DNA from: Trichinella spiralis
Lineage: Eukaryota
Reading direction: 5' to 3'
DNA length: 51,575 nucleotides
Assembly (NCBI RefSeq): GCF_000181795.1
Contig: NW_003526948.1
Coordinates: 2,596,857-2,648,431 of the forward strand
A model generated the notes under the pieces. The model was not told where the DNA came from and did no database searches. It saw only the letters and a program-made list of their open reading frames with translations. Positions 38,569-51,575 of the stretch are shown here, in pieces. Position 1 is the first letter of the stretch. The number at the start of each line of letters is the position of its first letter. The position numbers were made by a program, and so were the translations under genes.

Positions 38569-40335
38569 TTCGAAAGCAGAGGTGATTGTAAATTGATGCT
38601 GTCCGCTTGTCGGCTAAACAACAATCGACGCGAAGATTGAAATTGCGTGGTGAATTTGAATCTACGTCGATCGTGACAATTCAAAGATGCAACACAAATA
38701 AACAAATAAACAAACAAACAAACAAGTAGTTTGTCAGAGTCTGTTCGAAATTGAATACTGGTAAAATATATGTTTTATTCACAACGATGTTTTCTTTTTC
38801 ACATCGTACGATGATTGCAAAGCTGTACCAGTGTTGCTGGCCGAATCGACAAAGCCAATCTATAAACAGAAGAAGCCTGAATTGGAAAATTGTATTAAAT
38901 TACAGTAAACTTTCCCGAATGACCATAATCGGGACGCGAATTGAAAATCAGAACACAAAATTTTTAGACAACTTGTATTTATTGATAGTGGAACAATTTC
39001 AAGCTGGAGTCGTTTTGATGCAATTTTCCAAAACTGCATCGAACGTCAAGGTCGGAAAATTTCGATAACCAGTGGAAAAAGTGGAAGAAGTCGAGAAGAA
39101 GAAAAGCGAAACAGCTTCTGTGCTAGTCAAATCAAGCAAACCGGTAATGCACGTCAACTGGCCGACCAATCAACGCCCGACGACCGGTATTGACAAAACT
39201 GATGCTTTGGACAAGCATCCAGAGAAAAAGCCTGTACACTAGATCATCTTTTCAACATCAAATTTTTTTTCTTTCAATCATTTCGAAAATATTCAATTTG
39301 AATTTAAATTTAAATCCAAAAAAAAAGAGAAAACATTAAAAATCAAATCTCCAAATTATATAACATGTTCTTTTTTCTTTTTCAAACTTTTCACCTTGGT
39401 AACCAGAACTGATCATCATTTATCACTCAGTTATTGCTTGTTGCCTGGTTGAATTTGTAAACAAATATTTACCGTAAGAAAGTTGCATTGTAAAATTCAA
39501 TTTTTTTCATTCTGTTCATTTTCAATTTTCATTCACCAAAACGAACAATCGAATAAATATGACACCAATTTTTTTGTATTCTTTGAAACAAATTAATAAT
39601 AATAATAATAACTTGTTCAAATTTAAATTCAAACTGTCCTAAATTTTGAAATTCCAAATTTATCATCGTCTGTCTGTTTGCACATTTTGATTACAGTTTA
39701 CAAAATTGATAGCTCGAACAGTACAATTTGCCGTTTGCGTAATCGCCAACAGAACAAATAAAAATGCTCATCGTGCAGTAGCATCCGTGTCGACGATCCA
39801 ATTTCGAAACTGGTTGGATATTTTTCAACTGTTCAAATTTCCAACAATCTTTGTCGACCAAATTTGTTCGATCATTTTTACAAATTTCAAATTTTTGTCC
39901 ATTCAATAATTGCAAAAACTGACACTGAATATATCTGTTCCAAAAATTTCAATTATTTGTTATTTCACAAATAATTTAGCAAAATTGATTTCAAACAAAT
40001 AATAATAATGTGGAAATTTTTTGTATTAATATTTGCATTTTCTACACAAATTTATCAATGCGAAACAACCTGGCAAAATTGCAATCATTTCAATTTACAA
40101 TAGAATATTAATACTTAATTGTGATTCAAAACTTACTGTATCTTTTCTTGGAATTTAATGCTATTTTTTATTTGAAAAGCTTAATTCCATTTTTACCATA
40201 ACGCAGGTAAATTGATTTACTTTGCCGCATTGTTTTGAATATTTCATGCGGCAAAAGTATTTTTGTTTTTTTTTCTTCTGTTTAAGAATCCCCTCCGTTC
40301 TATACAACTGACGCTGCATTGTGCAACGACGCCTG

Positions 40336-41218
40336 ATGAATATGACGAGCTGTTTCGAAAATTTGAACATCAATATAAATTTCGATTTTCACGAAAAACG
40401 AAATTCTCTTGTTGCCATTCTTGCTGGAATTTTGGTGATTGTTTATCTTTATTTTTTTCTTCAATTTTCACTTTTACTTATTAATGATCTCAATTTCAGT
40501 TCTTCAGTGGCTGGTGGATAATAATCGATGTTGCGGCTGCATATCCGTCTAATACTGCCGATGGGTTTTTACACGCTTACTATACGTGCGGCGTTTTCAG
40601 CACTATATCAATGTTCATGTGAGGACGATACTGAAACTTTTATTGTATTTTATTTTTGTTGTTTTCGAAAAATTGTTTTCAATTTTAATTTTATTCCAGG
40701 CTGAGTTCCGTTTCAAATAGTCAAGTGATCGGAGAAACGATATCGGATGGAATACTTGGAACTAGAGGTATTTTTGAAATTTCATTTCCAAACTTTTTTC
40801 AAATTTTAACCACTTTTGTATTTTATACTAAATTTCTTCTGCAAATTGCTTTGTGCGAAATAAATTAAATTACGCTTTTGTTAATATTTATTTCATTCAT
40901 CAACGTTAAATATCAATCCACTTTAACACTGAACATGTTTTGCAGTTTTGCCTGATAATATTGAAATGTAAATTTTGATAAATTGATTTTCTATAATTTT
41001 TTTTCTGTTCATTTGCAGGCGCTCGACTGTGGCTTCTACTGGGATTTGTAATTGGATTCGGATCTCTGATTGCGTCGATTTGGATCTTGTTTTCAGACTT
41101 CGTCGTCAAAGACACAGATCATCAGTGGCGGGGCGTGGCTTTGTTCTTGCAGAATTTGTGCATTTTCGCTTCATCTCTGCTTTACAAATTTGGACGAAGC
41201 GAAGAAGTGTGGAATTGA
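40336..41218 (+). CDS. TMEM50: TMEM50 / Vps68 (UPF0220) family membrane protein, 4 exons
   Basis: EKRNSLVAILAGIL/FFSGWWIIIDVAA...YYTCGVFSTISMFM/LSSVSNSQV...GILGTRG/ARLWLLLGFVIGFGSLIASIWILF...GVALFLQNLCIFASSLLYKFGRSEEVWN*. Confidence 0.93.
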
Positions 41219-41956
41219 CTCGACGAGATCTGAACTCCCTCCTCCCCTGCCCTCTTACGTTCTAGAACCAATCAGCTAGAAGAAAGTGTATTTTTTCCCC
41301 TTTGTAAGCTCGTCGTTTCAGTTTTTTTGCCAATACTGTTACAGTATGACAGTCTTCTCTTTTGTATATTGAATTTAGTGCTTTTGCGTTTTCTTTTCTT
41401 CTTTTTTTCGCTTTGTATTTTTGAAAATTTTATTCAAAATGCCTAACCAACCAAGCGACAATTTTCAAGCTTCAGTAAAAATGTTAATGTTGAAAATTGG
41501 AATAAAAATTCATTGCACAAAAAATGCAGCACAACTCGATATTTTATTCACAGACTACATATAATCACACACACACACATTTATATATATATATATAATT
41601 CGTATAGAGAAAAAAAAGTACGTCAGGGATCCCAATTATGTACAACATTTACAATGAATGAGTCACCGATGGTGACCTTGAAGAATTTTCAACTACAATC
41701 ATTAATAAAGTTGAAATGAAAAAAAGCGGAAAATAAAATTTTTGAAAGAGAATTTCAAACGAGCAAAAAGCTCGTCGAAGTGACAATTTAATTGACTGAA
41801 AACATAAAAAACTGCGAAAGAGAAAACGTAAAGAAGTTTTCTAATAACGTTGCCTACGAGCTGTACAATCACCGGGGTTTTTCAATCACAATAATGTTCA
41901 GTTTCAAAATAGAAAAAAAGAGCAAAGCTGGCTGGGATCCAATATTTTACAGAAGC

Positions 41957-42710
41957 TTAAATGCGTGACGGTGCAGGGCTGAATTTACAATGGTGCATCA
42001 CAATTACAAACGAGATATGAATATGAAAAAGTGTCGTCATATGTACAGTTGAACCGCCGTTTCGCAAGCTTTCTTTCAAGGGATATTGTCGAAAGTAGCT
42101 TCCTGTTCTGAACAATCTCCATTCCAGAAGATGTTCTTCTCCATTTCTGCCCACACCAGCAGAATCGACGTTAACGGCCAAAGTTCTACAAATAATTAAT
42201 TTGATTTAAATTATCAAATCAAATAAAAAGCAAAAAAAGCGAAATAGAATCGCGCCACGCTAAAGTGAAATTAGAAATATTCAACATTGCCAAACGAGAA
42301 CACAGACAGACGACTGACCTCATTTTCGTTATCAAATCAAATTTATATTTTTATTCCATTTCACCGATCATATTGTATAGCACTGCATTGTTGTTGTTGT
42401 TGTTGAATGTGACCTCTCTGTTGAAAAATTATGAGAAGTTTTTCCAATTTTACAAATGAAATAAAATTCAACATTTCACCACTATTAAACTATGAATAGC
42501 AGAAGCCACCGCAACCATGCACGCTGCCAACGAACAATAAAATGGCGAAGCAACTTTCAATTTATATCACTTGACTGGGCCTAACGGAAAAATCTGGCCA
42601 ATATTATGCAGACGAACATTAATCAACTGCTGGAACTTTCAAATATTCCAAACTGACATATTTCAATTTTTCCTGCCTTGTCGAATGTCAGAAATCTGAA
42701 ATTATCTGAA
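41957..42710 (-). other. Possible spliced transcript (small ORF or lncRNA)
   Basis: GC-richer blocks bounded by plausible AG/GT sites (~42480-42700, ~42365-42418, ~41957-42185) can be joined to MVAVASAIHSLIV/RGHIQQQQQQCSAIQYDR/TLAVNVDSAG...; no homology recognised. Confidence 0.25.
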
Positions 42711-44931
42711 AAGAAGAAAAAATAATTAAACAATTTTTTTTCTAAAATTATACAACAACAACAACAATAATAATAATAATAATTAGAAATTTTGATTGAA
42801 ATGATCGTTGTTTGTTCATTTGAAAAATCCATCCTTGCAATGGAAGTTTACTTGACTGACAACAACACAAGCGACCAACTATAATAATAATAATAATAAT
42901 GACAAACTGAATTTCACGTGAATGTCACCTGCGCTCGGTTGGTTGGGAAAATTATTTATAAACATTTTTATTACCTTTTAATTTATCTTTTTTACTTTCG
43001 AATGATGATAAAAAAAAAGAATTCAACTGAAGTCCAATCTATTCAACTAAACAAATAAAACTTTACAGTATCACGAAAAGGAACACTGTAACAGAAAACA
43101 ACTACCATGCTGATAAGTAAGAACCAGTGCAACTGGTTCAAACATATATAAGAACAAGTCAATGAAATACATATATACATATGGATATGTAGATTAATAA
43201 ATATTTGAAATGAAATAAATAAATACTTGCCAATATAGAAAAGAAAAAAAATTTCATCATTTTCAATTATTATTATTATCAAACGTAACGATGACGTAAC
43301 GATCGAGGTTGTTTGATTATCATCCTACTGCTGCTGCTGCTGCTGCAGTGTGTCTGCGTGTGCGTGTGGAAGTGTGATTTGTATTTTCTGAAATGCTCGC
43401 AGATAGATGATGACGTTTATTTTTGAACTTTTCAAAAATTGATTCAGTCGAATCGATAAAATTCCGACTTGACAACGGCAATTCAACCTGCTCCACAACC
43501 AGTATCGTCTTCAATCTTCAACTGATTAACAAACGAGCGAAATAAAATCAACATCTTCAAACTATAATTTAAAAAAAAGCTAACAAATAAAAAAACATTT
43601 ACAAAAAAGCCAACGCATTTCACGATATTCTATTTTTATTGCTATTCTTCTTGAAAATGGAAATTTTTTCAACGTCAACAACTGTTGCAACTGTGAACCG
43701 ACGTTGAACACGGCAAGGCAGGGAATCAATTTCCATACTTTCGACAGCAGAAATTTATCGCCCGTTGCCGAACAGATCATACGATCGATTTGAAAAATCT
43801 ACTTTTTTTTATTTATTTAAAAAACAGAAAAAAATTCCAATTTTTTTTTAAAAAATGTTCAGCATCATGTAAATCAGTAACAAATTTACAGTATACTTCA
43901 AGAGTCGAATGCACAAATTTTTAATATTGTATCAATTTGGCAGCAGAAATTAAATTAGCCTGTTTTGGTGTTCAATTGGTAAATTCGTTCCACTGTTTCA
44001 AGTACAGCGCCGTACATTCTTGTGACTTGCCGACAATGTAAGTTCAAGCGCATGCGTATATTAATGAAAAAGAAAATTAGCATTTCATTTGAGACAATTT
44101 CACACACAGTTGTTAGATTTTGTAAATCGCAGTATTTCAGAGATTCTGTTGAGAAATTTTTATTAAATTATGTATATTTTTTTGAAAATTGTCATCCAAA
44201 GTTCAAGTACAGCAAAAAAGGGTGCTTTGTGCATTTGCAAAGTCTTTTTCCACTGGAAACATTCGTTTGTTGTCTTGTCTTATTGCCTGGGCAAACAAAC
44301 GCGTGCTGTTTACCTTTTGCGCTTGTTATTTGACATTTCTTCGATATTTTATTGATATTGATTTTGAAACATCGTTTGCCAATTTGGTCAAAAATTCTAC
44401 TGAAAAGCCCTTAATCAACTATTGCTATCAACATTGTTCTTCTTTTTCATTATCAGATGTGAAAATTTGCATGCATTCATTTTGTTCGCTTGTTCGTGCT
44501 TGAACTTTGTTTGAAATGATTGTATGCTTATGGTTGCGCGGATTGCATATTTCTCTTTATCACTGCTGAGCTTGAAGAGCGTCACACAAAGTTAAAATTT
44601 ACTTTTTTTTGGTTATTTCTATTTCTTCAGAATGTTTCATCATAATTTTCGGCACGCTTATTGTGTTGCCTACTGCTTTATATCCTGTTAATTTAACATT
44701 AATTTTTGTTTTTCGTTAACACTGTCCGCATTGCAGTGCATCGAAATTTATGGAATTTCATTTTTGAATATTATTTGATAGAAAATCAACAACGAGTGAA
44801 TTATGGTTTTTGAATATAATTTTATTAATGATTGATTTACATTATAAATTATGAACATATCAGCAGTTAATAATGATAAATAATTGAAAAACTGTTAATT
44901 AATAAAATTGATATTATAAATATAGTTGTAA

Positions 44932-47877
44932 TCAGGCTTCATTCAACTTCTCCCCGAAAGAAACCATTTCCTGTTCTGCCCTTGTCGAAATACAGAAATT
45001 ACGATGGTTTTCACCGTTTCTTCTCCTCTCAATTATATCTCTCAGCTAAAAAAGAAGTTATTGAATGCAATCTGCGCTTTGTGCAAAATAAAGACTAACT
45101 ATCTTCATAGGCTGAAAGCGGCGTATGCATAAAATGATAATTCCAATGAATCCCATTCCAAGCAATGTAACAGACACAGCAAGGATGACCCCTGAAATAT
45201 GAACAATAAATTAATATTAAAAACATTTTTCATTATGCTTAAACATGAAAAATTAAATTTTTCAAAATAATGTCAAAATTTTGATAGGGAATATGAACTG
45301 CGTGATATAGTTCTCAATATGTATTCAAACAGAGTAGATGCATAAAGAGAACTTTACACGCTATTGGATAAAACCATTGTTTTGTAATTATGTAGTGGTT
45401 GAAGAAATAAAAAGTAGTGATGATAATAATGAATGGTAAGTGAATAAGACGAATGAAACTTACTCCCGCGGAGGTATCCTTCGCACATTGTACTGTTGTG
45501 GAAGGTTTCATTTAATCCTGAAAAATAAAATTGCCTGTTAGTAAATTTTTCATTAAATAGTAAATGAACAACAAATTGTCCTACAATGAAATTTCAAGTT
45601 TAATTAAAAAATGGAAAACTCTGAGAATCACGCATGAATAATATACGGAAGAGTTACTAATTAGCTGCATAAATAAAAATCATCGTCTAATGCAGTGATT
45701 GAACTTAATTTTAACCAATAGCATAATTACATGTTTATGTCCTCAAAAACTGATCCAACGACACCTATAAACTGGAAACGTCAGGAATAAATTAAACGGC
45801 TACAGTGGAAATTAAACACTTTCAGTCATAGGAAGTATCTTGAATGCACAAATTGTTCATTCTTTTTTTACAAGTAAAATATTCATAAATGGGACAGTAT
45901 TATTAGCAACCTCAGTGCTGAATTCTCATAATTTTAGGAGAAATGAACTGTATTTGATAATTCCTTATTAATGAAAATGATGATATTACCTTTATCTGTG
46001 CAGCTGACCGTCGGGGCACAAGGAATCGGCGTTGAAGTATTCTTATTAGATGGTGAAGTTTGAATTAATTCAACACCACTTCCATCTGGTTTGCCGCCAA
46101 TTCGTATTTCTGTTATCGTATCGTTTCCATATATTTTGCTACCGTTAACCACATTCACTAAAAGAGTGTAATTTTCAATATCATATAGTGATTATTTGAA
46201 TTATAGAATATTTTTTAATGATCATTATAGCTACGTTACATGACTTTGCTCATCAGTATAATTATAACATTATTAATTTTGTACATATTGAGTGATTATT
46301 TGTTAAACACTTGTATCATATTAATTTAAACAGTGCTGTTGTACCAATGAGTACTGTTACACTTGAGTTTATTACTTACATTTTCCATCAGTATTTCCAT
46401 CTGAGATGTTACTTATACCTGAAAGTTTTTCAAGCACCTTTGCGTACTTTGTAGCCATTGTTTTCCATTTGGACGCAGTATATGTTTTTTCTGTATTATT
46501 ATTGAATATATTAAAACTTTCTTGGATATCACTCCTTTTCGCAGTTGATATTTCTCTCACTGTCTTGTTTCCATAAAATTCCTCATCATCAATAGAATCC
46601 GGCAGAAAGGTTTCAATTAATTCTACACCACTTCCATTTGTTTTGCCCGCTTTCAGTTTTTCAGATACATTATCATTTCCATATGTTTTGCTACCGTTAA
46701 CCACATTCACTAAAAGAGTGTAATTTTCAATTTCATGTAGTGATTATTCGAATTACAGAATATTTTTTCACTGTTCATATTCACTTCATTTTATGACATG
46801 GTTTATCATTATGATTAAAGCTTATTCTGTGATTGTTTCTAATTCACCTATATTATTGAAATTTAAATATTCTACTGTTGTACCAATGAGTATTGTCAAA
46901 CTTCGGCTTCATACTTACATATCCCGTCAGTGTGTTCTTTTGATCTGTTATTAGCAGGTTCAACTTTTTCTGAAAAATTTGTTGGTATTGGAGTCGTTGT
47001 TTGTGGTGTAAGCGTTATGGGTGTTAGTGGGGCTTTTATAACAAATTCCGTGATATTTTCTTTTTCGGTAGGTGTTTCAAATACTGTTGCTTTTACATCT
47101 GTTTTGTTGTTATTCTCAGCATTCTCTAAAAAATGCAATTTTCAATATATTGAATTGTTTATTGAATTGAAAAGTACTTTTTCAATGTTGATTATCATAA
47201 TATTACATGGCCTGTTTATGAATATAATTATAACGAAATAATAGTTTTAATTATTCAATTATGATTTCTTAAACACCTGCGTGTTTTGCAAATGTCAGTG
47301 TTGCATCCTTGTGAAAAGTATTTTCATTAGTTTTCAGAATGCTACTCACCGTTTGGTAGATATTCATTTGAAATGTTCCTTGTCATCGTTTCGGTCCGGT
47401 TTTGTTTGTCGTAGAGAAGTCCATTTTTGCCCATCTCCGTATTGTCCAGTGCCCATGTAACAGCCTTTGAAGTAAATTGGTGAAATCATTTGATGCGAAA
47501 ATATCTTTGGATACTTACTACTTGATAACATACGGCAGCTGTTATCAGCAAAAGTGGAAAATTATGTGAGAGCCTGAAATTTTCAATCTTTATGAAACAG
47601 TTTTCTAAACAATAATGATTATTGTTAATTTGTTATCAAATTATATTTATGCTTATTTCTTGAAGCTCATATCGCTTGCTGGGTCGTGTATAATTATTTT
47701 AAATATGACAATAATGGAATTTGGGGAAGCAGTGCTCTACTAAGGTTTTGAAATATTTCTTTTTCATCTAATATATCCATTGATGAAATGATTAAATACA
47801 ACGTAAAGTAAAACTTACGTTTTGTATGTAAATCGTCCTAGCATTTTCGAGCCGCTGTTAACTGTAAGCGCCAACAT
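44932..47877 (-). CDS. Orphan type I transmembrane mucin/proteoglycan-like glycoprotein, ~397 aa, 9 exons
   Basis: Exons 47877-47819, 47573-47519, 47464-47350, 47125-46919, 46709-46380, 46157-45990, 45517-45464, 45191-45100 and 45045-44932 join in frame (1194 nt). Signal-like FPLLLITAAVCYQVAVTWA; T/P/N-rich ectodomain; TM VILAVSVTLLGMGFIGIIILCI followed by RR; short tail ending GEKLNEA*. Alternative ATG at 47844. Confidence 0.7.
45990..46920. repeat. Intragenic exon-plus-intron duplication (~550 bp period)
   Basis: ctaccgttaaccacattcactaaaagagtgtaattttcaat at ~46139 and ~46691; ctgttgtaccaatgagta at ~46336 and ~46875. Confidence 0.85.
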
Positions 47878-48817
47878 CGGAATGTGAAATGTGATTTAGT
47901 TATCGAGCACATTGCACGTGCCTTTTAAAGTTTAAACTAAAAAATTTTAAAGTGAAGGTTAATCTCAATATAGTAGAACTTGATTTTCAATTACTGTATT
48001 AGTTGATAATATTTCCGTAAATTGTAATAAAACAAAGTGTACCTGTTTTTTCATTTTTGCAACCATTTATACTATTTTTACAATAACTACTATGATAGAT
48101 ACTACAAAACGTTATGCGGAAAATTAAGTTGAAGTTATTAACAATTTGTATTTCAGAACAGCGTTCTTGTAATATTGTATTTCGTGTACAATTCTTCTCA
48201 TTAGGGTATCTTTAATGGCAGGGGATGAGTCATCGGGTATGCTTAAATGTATTTTGTTGTGCATGTGTTTGCATATGTCGTTGGTTCACATTGTATAGTG
48301 TATTCATTTATTTACTACAAATTTGATTTTATTAATAATTTTAATATGACTTGTTTACAAGTAAGTTGTGAGAGAATGTACAAATGTGACTGAATAATTG
48401 TTTTGAATTCTTCATGTAATCTGACTTTGAACAATACCACGTCGTGGTTAAATTTGAATGCTTTTTCTTCACAGTGCGATAGTTTTATCTAGTGGAAGTA
48501 CAAAATTGAAACAATCAAACATGAAATTGCTGGATCAGCGTAATACATAATTTCTTATTAATTAATGGATCTTTTTTTCTTTGAGTTTGATGTAATTGAG
48601 AAGGAATACATAAGATGCATACAATTTGTAATAGGAAGAGGGCTTGCAGAAAGTTGCCAAAATGAAGATTTAGACGACTGCTAACAACAAAGCCAGTTTT
48701 ATAGCTGTGGAAGCTGCAATTATATTGTTTGAAAATGCGCTTCAGCTGGATTTGGATAATAATCAGATTTGGAAATGTATCGCACAGTTTATTTAAATAT
48801 TAGAAACCATCTATAAA

Positions 48818-48820
<3 letters not shown>

Positions 48821-48852
<32 letters not shown>
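48821..48852. repeat. (AT)n microsatellite
   Basis: Direct dinucleotide run. Confidence 0.9.
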
Positions 48853-48854
<2 letters not shown>

Positions 48855-48999
48855 GTTTCTGTGACACATTAATGAACAACATCTTAACGGATATGCATGC
48901 CATATTTTGTTTGAAACACATGTTTGAACATTATTGAATCTCTAGTTGAAATAATTTTTTTGAAACAGAATTTCTTTTCTCCAAAAGTTTGCAGTTGTC

Positions 49000-49955
49000 A
49001 TGAACAGTAAAAACGTGTAAAATTTCGAAAAAAAATTTTCGCCGATTTTCGCAAAAAAGCAAGTCTATAATCCATGAAATTTTGAAATTTTCGAGAAAAC
49101 ACTTTTTCTCCAAAAATGGCCTTCATGGGCATCAATCGATCGGAAACGATTAGAAGAGTACTGCAAACGCATCCTCGCTGTTCCCGGTTGCGTAGCTCTG
49201 GAGATATACTGAAAAAAGTGGGGAGCTTACCTATGTTTTCAGACAGACAATGTACCAAATTTAAAGGCCATTTATTTCACAACTACTGGTCAAATTCCTT
49301 TGGGACTATGCATAACACTATCAATAATTAGTGCAAATAATTATCAAACAAAAAGGGCAAATATTGAAAAAAGATTTTACGCCGATTTTCGCAAAAGAAG
49401 CAAGTCTATAGCCCATGAAATTTACAATTTTTATGAAACATTTTGGAATCCAAAATTGGACTTTATAGGCATCAATCGATCGGAAATCATTAGAAAAGTA
49501 CAACAGACTTATCAACGCCGTTCCAAGTTCTTGATATATCCAAAAAAGTGGCTCACGTACCTATGTATTGAGATAGGCAAAATGCCAAGTTTAGAAGCCC
49601 ATTATTCCACAACGACTGGACAGATTTCGCCCAAAACCTGCATTTCTTTTTGCCAAGCAATGAAAAATGTACAGTAGCCATATTTATCAGCAGAAATGAA
49701 CAAAATAAAAATTTGCATGCGAGGTCGTTGGCTTTGTTGACATAATAGAAATCATTTCAGTTTGAGGCCGTCCGTGGATGGTAGCTCAGCGTTTTGATTG
49801 GAAAATTGACTGAAGACAACATAGAAGCCAAACACTAATTTGCTTTATATTCATTATTATTTTTGAATATATCTGAAAAATATTTTTCAATCACAAGAAA
49901 CAGCATGACATCAAATGAGTAGACGCGCATTTAGCAGTAGTGCAGTTTTTCATTT
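49000..49955 (-). repeat. Right inner arm of inverted repeat with two ~340-bp subunits
   Basis: Reverse complement of 2600-3478. gccgattttcgcaaaa.aagcaagtctata occurs at 49041 and 49381, and ggcatcaatcgatcggaaa at ~49128 and ~49468. Confidence 0.9.
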
Positions 49956-49965
49956 NNNNNNNNNN

Positions 49966-51575
49966 CTGTCCGCGTCTTCACTTCTTCTTTTCTTCATTGG
50001 TCATATCTGTAATAATGGTAAATGTTAAATCAAAATTTTTCGCACTTTATTACACAGTGCAATTAAAAAATTGAACAAAGAATTTTGAAATAAAAGAAGT
50101 AACTGATTTTCAATTAAAAATATCGTTAACAAAATGATTATATATAGTTTCGAAAAAAAAGTAACAACGAGAAAAATTTGTATACTTTCAACAATTAAAA
50201 ACCGACTTCAGTAGTTACTTAACGCGAACGTTTGACGTTTGAGAATGCTGTTACTTTCCACGCAAGTAAAACAAACAAGCGCACCATTACTGATTGATGA
50301 TAAAGCAATTTTCAAACGATCCTAATTTGCATACTGTAGCGATAGAAACCGGTTTGAGTTGATTGGAAAATTTTCTGAACGAAGAATTAATTCTAATCGA
50401 ACGCTATGAAATTAGGAAAATTGAAACCTCAAGCACAGCGAACCGCTTGTCTAACGAGTGAATAGCATTAGATGAAACTCATCTCAGTTTGTTTGAAAAA
50501 GGTGTTGGAATGCACAGATAAAGTCAAGCATTGAGGACTATTTAAAAATTCAAAAATGACCTTGACATTTAGAATTCAGTCAAAATATAAACTATCCGAT
50601 AGAACGCTATAAAAACAAAAATTGACTAAGCCAAAACACGCCTCCGCATGTCTGAATTTCACATTTGAAAATTCAAAAATGACCTACATAAATGCAACTT
50701 ATCGCAAAATCTTTTCACTAAAATATAAGCACACTCGATGTGTATGCTGACAAACAAAGTAATTCAAGGAAAAGATGTGAATTACCAAATGTCTCTGATG
50801 CTGCGAAATTTGAAAAAAATATTATAAAGTGATAATAAAGTTAATGAACTTTCAATCTTTTTAAAAATTAAGTCTTACCTAATTTTAACATAATATGGAA
50901 AAGAAAAAGTACAGTTTTACAGTGAAAAATATCTTACTTATATATTACATACTAGAAACTTGGGTAATTTCATTCAACTAAGGAATAACTTCACCCTTTT
51001 GAAGTATCCTCAGCCCTGCTTCACAGATTTACAAGAAATCGCATTTACCTCTTGCCTTCTCTTGTTCTGGTTCGTGCCGTCCGCGTTTTCACATTTTCTT
51101 TGCTCCATTCTTTAAACCTGTAATAATGATATTAAATCAAAACTATCTTCACTTTATCACAAAATAGATTTACAACAAATATAATAATTAAGTGCTATCT
51201 AATTAAAAAATAATTGTTTACACAATGAGTATACAAAGTTTTAAGAAAATGAAAAGCAGAAAAATGGAATACTTGTCAGTAATTCTGAAACCGCCTTCAG
51301 CAGCTACTTAACGCCCGTAATGAACTCAGAGAACGTTCAGCGATGCTACTAATTGCCACGTAAATTAAACAAACAAACGCACCCTTACTGATGATAAGGC
51401 AGCGTTATAGCGATAGTTATTTGCATAATGCAGCGTTGGAAACCGGTTTTTAGGGCGCTAGAACTTTTGGCTGAAGATAAGCTAACCTAAGCCGCGTACA
51501 TATGACAGATAATGTACTGCTAATCTACATAGAAAGACTATTTGAAATCAAATGACTGACATCAACTCAGTCAAA
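49966..51575 (-). repeat. Right outer arm of inverted repeat (~1.1 kb unit period), after a 10-N gap
   Basis: Reverse complement of 1-1156 plus an extra ~237 bp (50443-50679). 51370-51450 begins a further unit (aaacaaac..gcacc.ttactgat..gataa.gca...gaaaccggttt). Confidence 0.9.

Noticed and set aside
45474..45481. GTATCCTT U12-type donor consensus on the plus strand
   Set aside because: It lies antisense within a coding exon of a minus-strand gene. All reconstructed introns look like ordinary U2 GT-AG.
48931..49677. ORFs of 60-125 aa in the 340-bp subunits (also 3031-3261)
   Set aside because: Frames are not preserved between copies and there are no transposase or RT motifs.
51450..51575. 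Possible telomere-like words (ttttaggg, aacctaagcc)
   Set aside because: Isolated words, not tandem; the region reads like a low-quality, degraded copy of the repeat unit.
1..51575. Autonomous Maverick/Polinton, CRISPR array, tRNA/rRNA genes or conserved miRNAs
   Set aside because: No polymerase, integrase or capsid ORF and no repeat-spacer array. No tRNA, rRNA or recalled miRNA sequence was recognised by eye; a covariance-model search would be needed to exclude them fully.

Overview
Eukaryotic, AT-rich genomic DNA with many short GT-AG introns. The style and gene set suggest a nematode, possibly Trichinella-like, but this is inference. I reconstructed these spliced genes by hand: minus-strand TMTC2-type O-mannosyltransferase, DDX20-like DEAD-box helicase, V-ATPase V0 subunit d and proteasome alpha-3 (PSMA4); plus-strand RGM/DRAG-1, ORP9/OSBPL9, MRPL55 and TMEM50/Vps68. 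There are also two orphan minus-strand genes: a 193-aa two-TM protein with a PPxY motif, and a ~397-aa heavily glycosylated type I membrane protein built by exon duplication. The most striking structure is that the ~45 kb gene block is bracketed by a multi-kb composite inverted repeat (about 1-3480 vs 49000-51575). Each arm has ~0.85-1.1 kb units carrying an exon-like cassette, a 208-bp apparently perfect core and ~340-bp tandem subunits, and each arm contains an assembly gap. Other oddities are a GC-rich, pseudoknot-capable segment at 21838-21973 and a near-identical ~575-bp tandem duplication at 29339-30494. Most short ORFs in the supplied track are intron read-through or antisense noise.
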